This document shows, in pieces, positions 32,401 to 41,220 of a DNA stretch of 61,920 nt. Each line of letters starts with the position of its first letter. Within the stretch, counting starts at the first letter, position 1. Below the pieces are notes generated by a model that was given only the letters and a program-made list of their open reading frames with translations, did not search any database and was not told the origin of the DNA. A program made the translations under genes and the position numbers. The stretch is from an uncultured Alphaproteobacteria bacterium (GTDB lineage Bacteria > Pseudomonadota > Alphaproteobacteria > HIMB59 > GCA-002718135), in NCBI GenBank assembly GCA_902596065.1, contig CACJSL010000004.1:1-61920 (forward strand), read 5' to 3'.

Positions 32401-33309
32401 TTAATTATTGATAATGATAATACTTCTTTGTGTACTGATGTTAATTCATCTCTTGGTCATATAAGTATTATGAATTTACTTGCTAATGAATTTACAAGAA
32501 TGGGATATGGAAAATCTGTAAATGATGTTGTTTTCAATAATACTGAAGATACCTTCATAAATGTTCAACGAGGTAATTGTGGCTTTATTTATGCTGGAGA
32601 AGAATCACTTAAAAATCTTATGATAGCATTTGAAAACTCTAATACAAAGTTTAGTGTTTTGCCTATTTGGTTATCTAATAAACAAGTTGCAGATGAACAA
32701 GAAAGACAAGAAAATAAAGAAAAAAATGTATTAGTTGATTTGCAGAAGAAAAAAGAACAATTAGAAAAAGAAAAAAAACTTAAAGAAGAACGCTTAAAGG
32801 CCGAAGGTATTTTAAAGGCACAAGAAGAAAAAGCTCTAAGGGATCGCAATAGAGTTGTTGTTGAGGCACATGTCGAATTAATTGAAAATGAAATTAAAAT
32901 TTTATTTAATAAAGATAAATTTAAAAAAACTTGGCTCTATGAATCTTATCCTAATTTGGGAAAACTAATGGATACAAAGTTTAAGGAAAAATGGGAGTTA
33001 GACCAATCAAGTGTTTCAATTAACGATTATGGTCTTAGTGATTATAAAGGACGAAAAATTGCAACTTTCATTACTGATATTAATTTTAGATTGATGAATA
33101 GAGACTTGGGTGAGTATGAAACTATGTGTATTCGGTTAGCAATTATTGCCGACAGTGAATTCTCTCGTTGGAGAGAGCCAGAGGCTGCAGTTTGTAAAGT
33201 GGATGATGATAAAAATTTAACTGAAGAAGAATTATACGAAAAGTATAAAAATGCATTTGATAATTACAAAAAAAGATTAAATTTTCAAAGTGCATGGATT
33301 GTTGAATAA
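29440..33309 (+). CDS. Large exported protein with peptidoglycan-binding domain and internal duplications
   Basis: Signal peptide (...SASFA); PG_binding_1-like AQSALNKLGFYEGVIDGLFG...AWQEKTGL; two 155-aa repeats; C-terminal coiled coil. Confidence 0.8.
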   Translation: MKNIFLAFFLFLFLPSASFAFSKKEAIYQDGSQLHEWSIKAGYHISWMECATGGNGSKVAKTIKQEVAKLSWPDFKVLNVGINLSSSNPPKFVGFFCNSGVNKFDMVEAKLKNYVTELKLLVLTDGSQTTETSKTNSDDSGIIEIAGSSYPYSSKTPLMAKESKYAGEDHEWLRLCGGEAAENAREVEKKVKQLSTPDYKIYQKAKNRERSKNYSHSTGCTDNVGWVIRENNNFIKALKRKVDKKLGLVKEKTSGKDEVVPKIEANKKFLWCLDISEERGFIYVKSSVLKSCYENQIEITRAQYNNLIANKITAQEIIDSQDDSTDPTLLDLKKFANRNCDNVPAVNTNKGIKCSNQLDGATIIKQTETDSKQVFEDQSENNKELQEAQHYINDLLNYIKINPSTFDIIEITKFMIGNKNILNGSWTDLEQEGFKLFKNYTEASKDFLDFHNKQNNLREEEAANNLVTAENELKKLINYFTYFLQNNLTSVLAPDILANIDLARDTLSSKEINKLNSIIETLNTFINDKNLISDYQEFQNEQIDEVVTKKETKKETKKVEKKINNNLITLKEDFKRAQSALNKLGFYEGVIDGLFGRVSLKALNAWQEKTGLTITTTISFDLLTTLENAANDFDQVIVKQEIIEDIEKTEAGIFNAEQQAAQHFLNDFLIFIKDNPTSFDIIEITELISVNKSILEGQWNEVQQKDFIQFKNYVSISDEFLKFHSKQNDQRQKDILNKIATQNTKLKNIISYLKFYLQNNITSDIATIVIKNIKYAEKSLEDQNLGVLTNANNELEKFINNQNLTDEYKAHVSSLSSQDELVVTSTINEVDLLSFDIIKNATDSDFITLVNLSGKAPNAILNLEGKVVFEKDIALSCFYQSKTIKNDLKYYLYDKVANKKFLAFDQGFECNQNNLLNYDLIFFEKDALLREDKSYVSSLAAAIASDHLQLFSMISKKEYEKDFLQREMFAEQISEDVLNETRLGYGSLIIDNDNTSLCTDVNSSLGHISIMNLLANEFTRMGYGKSVNDVVFNNTEDTFINVQRGNCGFIYAGEESLKNLMIAFENSNTKFSVLPIWLSNKQVADEQERQENKEKNVLVDLQKKKEQLEKEKKLKEERLKAEGILKAQEEKALRDRNRVVVEAHVELIENEIKILFNKDKFKKTWLYESYPNLGKLMDTKFKEKWELDQSSVSINDYGLSDYKGRKIATFITDINFRLMNRDLGEYETMCIRLAIIADSEFSRWREPEAAVCKVDDDKNLTEEELYEKYKNAFDNYKKRLNFQSAWIVE

Positions 33310-33336
33310 GTAATTATTTATGACAAATGAGTTTTT

Positions 33337-34167
33337 GTGAAAGTTGAATTATTATCAGGAGCTTTGGGAGCAGAAATTACAGGTATAAATTTACGTGATA
33401 CATCAGACAATAATATAAAAATAATTAAAGATCTTTTATGGGAACACAAAGTAATTTTTTTTCGTGAACAAGATATTTCTCATCAAGAACAAATTGATTT
33501 TGCTAAGTGTTTTGGCCCTATAGAACATCACGCGTATGTGAAAGGATTACCTAATCATCCTGAAATATTAAGAATTGTTAAAGAGCCATACGAAAAAAAC
33601 AATTGGGGAGAAAATTGGCACAGTGATGTAAGTTATAATCATGAACCTACTCAAGCTGTTATTTTAAAATCTGTGGAAATACCGCCAATTGGTGGAGATA
33701 CAATGTTTGCTAATATGGAACTTGCATGGGAAACACTAGATGAGAAATTAAAAAATCAAATAATAGATAAAAAAGCCTTACATAGCTCTCTTGGAATGTC
33801 GTTTTTTGTAGATAATTATGCGGGAATGGAAGCAAAAAAAGTAGATATAGACGAATATTCTAATGAGCATCCTATTGTAAGAACTCATCCTGAAACAAAA
33901 AAGAAAATTTTATATGTAAATTGGACTTATACAAAAAAAATTATAGGATTAAGTAAAAAAGAAAGCGATGAATTATTGATGAAAATTTTTAAGCATCAAG
34001 AAAGATTAGAATTAACATGTAGATTTAGGTGGACTAAAAATGCAGTGGCAATATGGGATAACAGAAGTGTCATACATTATGCAATAGCTGACTATTTTCC
34101 TAATAGAGGTTTAGGACACAGAAGGATTATGGACCGAGTAGCTATTAAAGGAGATAAACCTTTTTAA
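33337..34167 (+). CDS. TauD/TfdA family dioxygenase (taurine/alkylsulfonate type)
   Basis: LGAEITG, WHSDVSY, GGDTMFANM, HPIVRTHPET and WDNRSVIHYA motifs. Confidence 0.92.
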   Translation: MKVELLSGALGAEITGINLRDTSDNNIKIIKDLLWEHKVIFFREQDISHQEQIDFAKCFGPIEHHAYVKGLPNHPEILRIVKEPYEKNNWGENWHSDVSYNHEPTQAVILKSVEIPPIGGDTMFANMELAWETLDEKLKNQIIDKKALHSSLGMSFFVDNYAGMEAKKVDIDEYSNEHPIVRTHPETKKKILYVNWTYTKKIIGLSKKESDELLMKIFKHQERLELTCRFRWTKNAVAIWDNRSVIHYAIADYFPNRGLGHRRIMDRVAIKGDKPF

Positions 34168-34201
34168 TTTTAAAACTAAATTATTTAAACAAGATTTGTT
34201 T

Positions 34202-35698
34202 TTAAGTTATTTTGATCCAAGTTGATTTTACTTGAAGATAATTTTCTAGAGCTTGTGCACCGTTATCTCTTCCGATTCCAGATTGTTTATATCCACCAAG
34301 AGGAATTGTTGAGTCAACACCTTCCTCATAGTTATTTATATAAACTGTTCCTGCACGAATTTCTCTTGATGCCCTTATTGCTTTGTTAATATCATTCGTC
34401 CACACACCAGCTGCTAGTCCATATTCAGAGTCATTAGCAATTGAAACAGCCTCATCAAAATTAGAAAAAGCTAAAGTTGTTAACACGGGTCCAAAAATTT
34501 CTTCTTGAGCAATCTTCATATTGTTCTTAACATTCTTAAAAATAGTAGGTTCAAAATAACAACCACCTGTTTCTTTCATTGTTATATTTCCACCAACTTC
34601 AATATCAGCCCCCTCTTTTTTACCTATATTTACATATTTATTTATTTTTTCTAACTGCTCAGTATTTACTATTGCTCCAGCAAATGAATCTGGATTTAGC
34701 GGATCTGAAGGTTGCATTTTTTTACTTAATTGAACAACTTTATTGATGAAATCTTTTTCAATATCTTTTTGGATTATAAGTCTAGATCCTGCCGAACAAA
34801 CCTCACCTTGATTTCCAAAGATAGCATAAGCAGATGCTTCTGCAGCTCTATCAAGATCATCACAATCTGCAAAAATAATATTTGGTGATTTTCCACCACA
34901 CTCCAGTTGCACTCTTTTCATATTGGATTGACCAGAATATTGAAGTACTAGTTTACCAACTTCGCCTGATCCAGTAAAAGCTACACAATCAATATCATTA
35001 TGAAGACATAATGATTTGCCTGTAATAGGCCCATCTCCTGGAAGTACTGAAAATACTCCATCAGGTACTCCAGCTTCAGAGAGCAAAGCACCAATTTTAA
35101 TAGCGCTCATCGGAGATTGTTCTGCAGGTTTTAATATAACAGAATTACCAGTAATAAGCGCTGGAGCAATTTTCCATATTGCCATCCATAATGGATAATT
35201 CCAAGGTACTATCGCTGCTACAACTCCAATTGGCTCTTTGGTAATTAAGCCCAAATATTCTTTTGAACTTGGTGAAATATCATCAAAAAGCTTATCAATT
35301 ATTTCAGCATACCATTCAATATTATCTATACTAGTTGGTAAGTCAGCATTGTAAGTATCATTAATTGTTTTACCCATGTCTATGGTATCAAGGAGTGATA
35401 ACTCCAAACGATCTCTTTCCAATAGTATAGCAAATTTTAAAAGTATTTTTTTTCTTTGACCTGGTGAAAGATTTGACCAATATCCTTTATTAAAAGTTTC
35501 TTTAGCTTTAGAAACAGCTAAATCAATATCTTCTTGCTCAGCAAAAAAAACTTGATTTACAATACTTCCATCAATTGGAGAAATATTTTCAAATGATTTT
35601 TCTGAAATTGATTTTTGATATTTCCCATTAATAAATAATTGAGAGGGATAACTTAAATTAGATTTTGTTTTTTTAATATTTTCAAAGGTTAAACTCAT
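34202..35698 (-). CDS. NAD-dependent aldehyde dehydrogenase (PuuC-like)
   Basis: IVPWNYP, FTGSGEVG, LECGGKSP, NQGEVCSAGSR and EEIFGPV motifs. Confidence 0.92.
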   Translation of the reverse strand: MSLTFENIKKTKSNLSYPSQLFINGKYQKSISEKSFENISPIDGSIVNQVFFAEQEDIDLAVSKAKETFNKGYWSNLSPGQRKKILLKFAILLERDRLELSLLDTIDMGKTINDTYNADLPTSIDNIEWYAEIIDKLFDDISPSSKEYLGLITKEPIGVVAAIVPWNYPLWMAIWKIAPALITGNSVILKPAEQSPMSAIKIGALLSEAGVPDGVFSVLPGDGPITGKSLCLHNDIDCVAFTGSGEVGKLVLQYSGQSNMKRVQLECGGKSPNIIFADCDDLDRAAEASAYAIFGNQGEVCSAGSRLIIQKDIEKDFINKVVQLSKKMQPSDPLNPDSFAGAIVNTEQLEKINKYVNIGKKEGADIEVGGNITMKETGGCYFEPTIFKNVKNNMKIAQEEIFGPVLTTLAFSNFDEAVSIANDSEYGLAAGVWTNDINKAIRASREIRAGTVYINNYEEGVDSTIPLGGYKQSGIGRDNGAQALENYLQVKSTWIKIT

Positions 35699-35778
35699 TG
35701 TTGACAATATATACTATTATTTTTTTTTAAGCATCCTTTTTAGAGCTGAGAAATGTGAAATCCTGCTATGAGTAAATT

Positions 35779-36285
35779 TTAAAAATTTATTTTTTTTATA
35801 TAAAAAGAATATAGCATTAAAAAACACCCCCAAAACACAACCATTGTTGTCATAGCTAAAATTATATTTTTACTAGAAGCTATATCCAGTGGTATACCTA
35901 AATAATATGTAGGAGGAGCAAGTACGGCACCTATCAAGAAGGATAGCAATAAATAATTTTTTAAAAAAACAAGAACATTTACAAATAAAGTTGTAAAACT
36001 AGGCCAGAGAACTAAAAACCAAATTGGCATATAGCCTATCATAATATTAGATTTAATATTAAATAGTTGAGTATACCCAAGAATACTATCAAACAAATAT
36101 CCAATAAATGAAAAGAGCAGACATATTTTTAATGCTCGAATTTTAAATTTAACAAAATAGAAAAAAGTAGACAAATATAAAATTCCTACAACAATACCAA
36201 GTAAAGGATAATTGTAATATTCACCAAAAACACAAAATATCCATGTTAATTGATATCCTGTTAGTGTTAAAAATATGTTTTTCAT
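35779..36285 (-). CDS. DUF2878-like membrane protein
   Basis: YQLTWIFCV, GYLFDS, PIWFLVLW and APPTYY pattern; multiple TMs. Confidence 0.65.
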   Translation of the reverse strand: MKNIFLTLTGYQLTWIFCVFGEYYNYPLLGIVVGILYLSTFFYFVKFKIRALKICLLFSFIGYLFDSILGYTQLFNIKSNIMIGYMPIWFLVLWPSFTTLFVNVLVFLKNYLLLSFLIGAVLAPPTYYLGIPLDIASSKNIILAMTTMVVFWGCFLMLYSFYIKKINF

Positions 36286-36382
36286 AAATTTGTGTAAATA
36301 TATAGTGTATTATATTTAATATTGTATTTATTTATTATCTAAAATTTTGTACTATTTTTTTTAATTGCAAGATTGATTTAAG

Positions 36383-37300
36383 ATGACTGAAAAAAACTCA
36401 AATTATAAAGATGTGGATGTAACAAGTCCAGGAAACTCAGATTTAAATAATATAAATGAAAAAATAGATTTTATGAATATTGATGAGACAGATTTTGAAT
36501 CGATGTCTCTGGGAGAAAAAAAACGCCATCTTGAAGTCGAAGGATATACTATTCTTCCTAAAGCTGTAGATGCTTCAAAGATTGAACAGATAAAAAAAGA
36601 AATGAAAGATGCACCTATGCAGACAAAGGATTATAGTGACTGCCAGACTTTTCATTTAGAGCCACAGTGGTATAGTCCTGCAGTTGCGTCCTTGATAGCT
36701 AACCCACCAGTAGTTGAATTTCTTGAAGAGTTATGTGGTCCAGAAATAATTTTTACTAGGGGTTTTTTTCACCGGACACTTCCGGGCTCACCTCCCGTAT
36801 CAATGCATACTGATGGGCAGCCCTTCGGCTCTTCAATTTTTGGATATGAGGGAAGTTCTCCTAAACTTTTACGTGTAATTTATTATTTTGATGATTTAAC
36901 TAAAGAACGTGCACCGTTTAGAATTTTACCACGATCCCATCTTTCTTTTCATGCTGAAGCTAATCCATATAAAAGATATAAATCTCATCCAGAAGAAATC
37001 ACTATATGTGCCGAAGCAGGAACTGCTATAGTTTTCCCAGTAAATATATTTCATGGTGTTCATCCCAATTTAGCTGATACTCGTCGTACGATGGTACAAT
37101 TTGGTTATCGTCCAATTTGGGCAGGCCCTATTAAACCTATGGAAGAGTGGGATCCTGAACTTGTAGAAAAGGCACCTAAAGAAACTAAACGTTTTCTTAA
37201 AAGTGTTAACAGTTCAGGAGTTGAATGGGAACAGCCCCACAAACCTAAAGGAATGAAATCAGAAGCCTCAGCTATTAATCCTAGTAGGTGGGATAAATAG
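36383..37300 (+). CDS. PhyH family Fe(II)/2OG dioxygenase
   Basis: EVEGY, MHTDG (HxD), YYFDDLT...PRSH and FHGVHPN..TRR motifs. Confidence 0.85.
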   Translation: MTEKNSNYKDVDVTSPGNSDLNNINEKIDFMNIDETDFESMSLGEKKRHLEVEGYTILPKAVDASKIEQIKKEMKDAPMQTKDYSDCQTFHLEPQWYSPAVASLIANPPVVEFLEELCGPEIIFTRGFFHRTLPGSPPVSMHTDGQPFGSSIFGYEGSSPKLLRVIYYFDDLTKERAPFRILPRSHLSFHAEANPYKRYKSHPEEITICAEAGTAIVFPVNIFHGVHPNLADTRRTMVQFGYRPIWAGPIKPMEEWDPELVEKAPKETKRFLKSVNSSGVEWEQPHKPKGMKSEASAINPSRWDK

Positions 37301-37359
37301 TATCTGTAATTTATTTAGATAGAGAGTCAGTTTCCTAATCTATATAGGTACTGAAAATT

Positions 37360-38025
37360 ATGTTAACAAAAATAATTTATGTATTAACACTTAAAACAAT
37401 TCCTAAACTTCATTGGAGTTCTTCACATGAATATAATTTAAAACCAAAAATAGTAACTGTTTTATATTTAATTTTCGGGTTAATGTTATTTGGTTTAGGT
37501 GAGACATTAATAGTAACAGCAAATATTGGAGTTAGCCCCTGGTTCGTGCTTCATCAAGGATTGTCTTTTATCACTGGTTATACAATTGGAATAACTACAT
37601 TTATAGTCAGTGTAATTTCCCTACTATTCTGGTTTCCATTAAAACAAAAACCAGGAATTGCTACAATTCTAAATGCTATACTGATATCGATAGTTATTGA
37701 TTTATCTTTACCATTTTTACCAAAACCAGATATTTTTTTATTACAATTATTCCAAGTAATTTTTGCAATACTAATCATTGGAATAGGAAGTGGATTTTAT
37801 TTAGCAGCTAACTTAGGCCCAGGTCCAAGGGACGGACTTATGACGGGCATCAATAAGCAAACTGGTTTATCTTTTTCTCTAATCAGATTAGTGCTTGAGT
37901 TAAGCGTTGTTGGTCTCGGTTTTTGGTTAGGCGGTATAATTGGTATAGGAACTGTTTTATATGCGGTTGGAATAGGTTATTCAGTTTCTTTAGGTTTATT
38001 TTTGGTTGGAAAGTTTTATAAATAA
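37360..38025 (+). CDS. YczE/YitT family membrane protein
   Basis: GVSPW.VLHQGLS, KPGIAT and LGPGPRDGLM motifs. Confidence 0.85.
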   Translation: MLTKIIYVLTLKTIPKLHWSSSHEYNLKPKIVTVLYLIFGLMLFGLGETLIVTANIGVSPWFVLHQGLSFITGYTIGITTFIVSVISLLFWFPLKQKPGIATILNAILISIVIDLSLPFLPKPDIFLLQLFQVIFAILIIGIGSGFYLAANLGPGPRDGLMTGINKQTGLSFSLIRLVLELSVVGLGFWLGGIIGIGTVLYAVGIGYSVSLGLFLVGKFYK

Positions 38026-38041
38026 AAATTATTATAGGTAT

Positions 38042-38365
38042 TTAATCTTTTCTAAAAACTTCTTCTAATTCTACCCAGCCCTCAAACTTTTCTTGGTGTT
38101 CAAGAGGCCTAAACATATTTTCATGAAATTTTTCCCATTCTATAAATCTTGGATCATTTTTCATTTTTGTCATATCTTTTTCAAAATCATCACCATGATA
38201 TTCAAAAAAAGCAAAAAGCCTGTCTTCTTGAGCAAAAATTGAATAATTTTTAATTTTGCTCTCTGAAATTTTCTCTAATATATCAGGCCAAACATCAGAG
38301 TGAGTTTTTTTATACTCTGCAATAAACTCTGGCTTAATACCTATTACCAACCCTTTTCTAATCAT
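38042..38365 (-). CDS. L-rhamnose mutarotase family protein
   Basis: EYKKTH..VWP, NYSIF, LFAFFEY and EEVF motifs. Confidence 0.85.
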   Translation of the reverse strand: MIRKGLVIGIKPEFIAEYKKTHSDVWPDILEKISESKIKNYSIFAQEDRLFAFFEYHGDDFEKDMTKMKNDPRFIEWEKFHENMFRPLEHQEKFEGWVELEEVFRKD

Positions 38366-38416
38366 AGTATTTATTTTAAATTTTTTTAATAAATTGTAAA
38401 TTTTAAATCTTAATAC

Positions 38417-38833
38417 TTATTCAAATTTATCTGAGTAAAACCAAGGAATTAATATTGTCAAAAAAAAATATAAACAAAAAAACAATACTATAGGTAATAA
38501 AATATTATAGATCCCAATTTCAGCTATTGGTCCAAAAATAGAAGCATAAATTGTAAATAGAACATTTGAACCTAAAAACCAATACCCCCCTGATTTTTTA
38601 AGTTTATATAAAAGAAATATTCCGTAAATTATACCAATTTCAAAAATTATGAAAACAATCAAATCTATTGTTGTAGGCTTGATAAAAGAATCTACTCCAG
38701 GAAAACTTGCACCTTCTCCAAAATAGCCAATAATTACAAATCTATAAATTGTATCAATTGTATCTCCAGCTAAGAGGATTATCATTACCCAATATACCAA
38801 CTTAAATGAATTTTCTTTAAAACCTTCACTCAT
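38417..38833 (-). CDS. Hypothetical membrane protein (about 4 TM)
   Basis: Hydrophobic 138-aa ORF filling the gap, same strand as gcrA. Confidence 0.7.
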   Translation of the reverse strand: MSEGFKENSFKLVYWVMIILLAGDTIDTIYRFVIIGYFGEGASFPGVDSFIKPTTIDLIVFIIFEIGIIYGIFLLYKLKKSGGYWFLGSNVLFTIYASIFGPIAEIGIYNILLPIVLFFCLYFFLTILIPWFYSDKFE

Positions 38834-38843
38834 AGTAGAAAAA

Positions 38844-39320
38844 TTATTTATATTTTATTGATCTATTTACTGGTAAAGGTTTTGCCTCTTCTTTTTCTGG
38901 AATCACATAAGCTATAGCACAATGATCTAGACAATATGGTTTATCATCGAACCTTTCTTTACCGCAAAAATGAAAATCAGATTCATCAGGATGACCCATT
39001 GGCCACTCACAACCTCTCTTTGAACTTGAAATAAAAATATTTTTAACAGATGGTTGAAAATTGCTAGTATTAATTTGGTTTATTTCTGACTCTTGTTTTT
39101 CAAAATTTAATTTTGGCATTACTGGTGAACGTGCTTTTTTTCTATCGGGCTTAACCGCTGTTCTTCTTATTGGCGAAGGCCTTCTCTCTAATCCAATCCT
39201 ATGAGCTTTACCCACAACAGCATTTTTCGTAAAACCTAACAATTTACCTATTTGAGCAGTAGGAAGCCCTTGATCCCATAATTCTTTTAAGCGAAGGACA
39301 TTATCATCATTCCAAGACAT
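38844..39320 (-). CDS. gcrA: GcrA cell-cycle regulator
   Basis: MSWND..V.RLKELW..G, TKNAVVGKAHRIGL and CEWPMG.P...FHFCG...PYC..H motifs. Confidence 0.93.
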   Translation of the reverse strand: MSWNDDNVLRLKELWDQGLPTAQIGKLLGFTKNAVVGKAHRIGLERRPSPIRRTAVKPDRKKARSPVMPKLNFEKQESEINQINTSNFQPSVKNIFISSSKRGCEWPMGHPDESDFHFCGKERFDDKPYCLDHCAIAYVIPEKEEAKPLPVNRSIKYK

Positions 39321-39345
39321 AAATTATATACTCTCCTTACAATAG

Positions 39346-39449
39346 TCTCTATATATAGTATCTTGGATATAGACTAATATACTAAATATGTATTTTTTTA
39401 AACAAAAAACTGCCATTTTTTTAAAAAAATGTAGAAAAACTGTGGTTAA
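39346..39449. promoter_or_regulatory. Candidate NrdR-like boxes and DnaA-like box in the gcrA/pgk divergent promoter region
   Basis: TCTCTATATATAGTAT (39346-39361), a weaker ATACTAAATATGTATT (39379-39394), and TGTGGTTAA (39441-39449). Confidence 0.35.
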
Positions 39450-39469
39450 TTAGGATAAAAAATTGAATT

Positions 39470-40669
39470 ATGAACAGTATAGAAGATAAAAATTTAAGTA
39501 AAAAAAATATTTTAGTTAGAGTAGATCTTAATGTGCCTGTTGTTAATGATCAGATAACTGACAGATCAAGGATTAAATCAATATTGCCAACTTTGAATAA
39601 ATTGAAAGATTCTAATAATAAAATTTTTTTAATTTCTCATTTTGGAAGACCTAAGGGCACAAAAAATAAAAAATATTCTTTAAAATTTATATGCAATATT
39701 CTTGAGGAAGAAATAAATATTAAAAAAATTTATTTTCTGAATGACTTCGATGAAAAAAATATTCAGAATATGATTAATGAAATTAACCCAGGAGATATTT
39801 GTCTTTTTGAAAATATCCGATTTTATTCTGCTGAAGAAAAGAATGATTTAGATTTTGCTAAAAATATTAGTAAAAATTTTGATGCATTTGTCAATGATGC
39901 CTTTTCTTGCTCACATAGAAAACATGCATCAATAGTTGGTCTTCCAACTTTTTTACCTTCATATCTAGGATATAGTTTTTTAAAAGAAATCAATAATCTT
40001 AATTCTTTATTATCTAATAAAGACAAACCAAATTTAGCAATTATTGGTGGCTCAAAAATTTCTACTAAAATAGAATTACTTTTTAATTTGTCTTATTACT
40101 TTGATGCAATAATTATCGGAGGAGCCATGGCTAATACTTTTTTATATGCAAAAAAAATTAATATTGGAAAATCTTTAATTGAAAAAAACTACAATGAAGT
40201 TGTTTTTTCAATTATAAATAAAGCTAAAGAAAATAATTGTGAAATCATTCTGCCAATTGATGTTGTATGTGCAAATAATTTAAATGAAAAAGAAACTGTT
40301 AAAAGATGTGAAATAGACAATGTATCTGACTCTCAAATGATTTTAGATATTGGATCCAAAACAACTCAAATAATTGCACAATATATTAATAAATCAAAAT
40401 TGATTTTATGGAACGGACCTTTAGGAGCTTTTGAATATCCTGCTTTTGCGGAGTCTTCTATTAAAATTGCCAATATTATAAAATCACGCTCAGTCAACTC
40501 TGAGATAATTAGTATTGCCGGAGGCGGAGACACAAACTCAGTTATTAAAATTGCTAAAGCAAAAGATGGTTTTTCTTATATTTCAAATGCTGGAGGGGCT
40601 TTTCTTGAGTGGTTAGAAGGAAATGGATCCCCAGGTTTTAATGCAATTGAAGAAAATAATATAAATTAA
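39470..40669 (+). CDS. pgk: Phosphoglycerate kinase
   Basis: RVDLNVP, SHFGRP, VNDAFS.SHR.HAS, GGSKISTK, WNGPLG and GGAFLEWLEG motifs. Confidence 0.96.
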   Translation: MNSIEDKNLSKKNILVRVDLNVPVVNDQITDRSRIKSILPTLNKLKDSNNKIFLISHFGRPKGTKNKKYSLKFICNILEEEINIKKIYFLNDFDEKNIQNMINEINPGDICLFENIRFYSAEEKNDLDFAKNISKNFDAFVNDAFSCSHRKHASIVGLPTFLPSYLGYSFLKEINNLNSLLSNKDKPNLAIIGGSKISTKIELLFNLSYYFDAIIIGGAMANTFLYAKKINIGKSLIEKNYNEVVFSIINKAKENNCEIILPIDVVCANNLNEKETVKRCEIDNVSDSQMILDIGSKTTQIIAQYINKSKLILWNGPLGAFEYPAFAESSIKIANIIKSRSVNSEIISIAGGGDTNSVIKIAKAKDGFSYISNAGGAFLEWLEGNGSPGFNAIEENNIN

Positions 40670-41217
40670 TCTTCTATTTGATGTTTTTTTAGTAGAGAAA
40701 ATTGGCTTAGAGTAAATAAAAATGTAATTGGCAAAATACCAAAAACCTTAAAGTTTACCCATATATCTGTAGATTGAGTTCTCCATATAATTTCGTTCAA
40801 AATACCAAGAGCTATAAAAAAAGCTATCCATCTTTTTGTAAGTATAGACCATCCTTCCTCAGAGAGTTTTAAAGCAGAACCCAAAAGTAGTTTTAATAAT
40901 GGTTTTTTTATAACTTCTCCAGCATATAAAATTATTGCAAAAATAATGTTAATTATAGTTGGTTTCATTTTAAAAAAAACTTCATTATCAAAGTAGATCG
41001 TAAGTCCTCCAAAAACTAAAATAATAAATGCTCCAAAAGTTGGCATTATTGGTATTTTTTTCTCTAATATGTAAGAAAACAATATGGCAACAATCGTTGC
41101 AATCATTAATGGTAGAATTGCTGATTGTAATTTTTCTCCCTCTTCACCTCTTGTATAAAAAATAAAAAATATAGCTAGAGGTCCAATATCAATAATTATT
41201 TTTGTTAAGCCTTTCAT
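40666..41217 (-). CDS. yciB: Septation protein A (YciB/IspZ)
   Basis: FGGLT, FFKMKPT and WVNFKVFG motifs. Confidence 0.92.
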   Translation of the reverse strand: MKGLTKIIIDIGPLAIFFIFYTRGEEGEKLQSAILPLMIATIVAILFSYILEKKIPIMPTFGAFIILVFGGLTIYFDNEVFFKMKPTIINIIFAIILYAGEVIKKPLLKLLLGSALKLSEEGWSILTKRWIAFFIALGILNEIIWRTQSTDIWVNFKVFGILPITFLFTLSQFSLLKKHQIED

Positions 41218-41220
41218 TTT

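Noticed and set aside
36292-36308. NrdR-like half match (AAATATATAGTGT) upstream of the second phyH gene
   Set aside because: Single copy, lacks the conserved C, and is expected by chance in AT-rich DNA.
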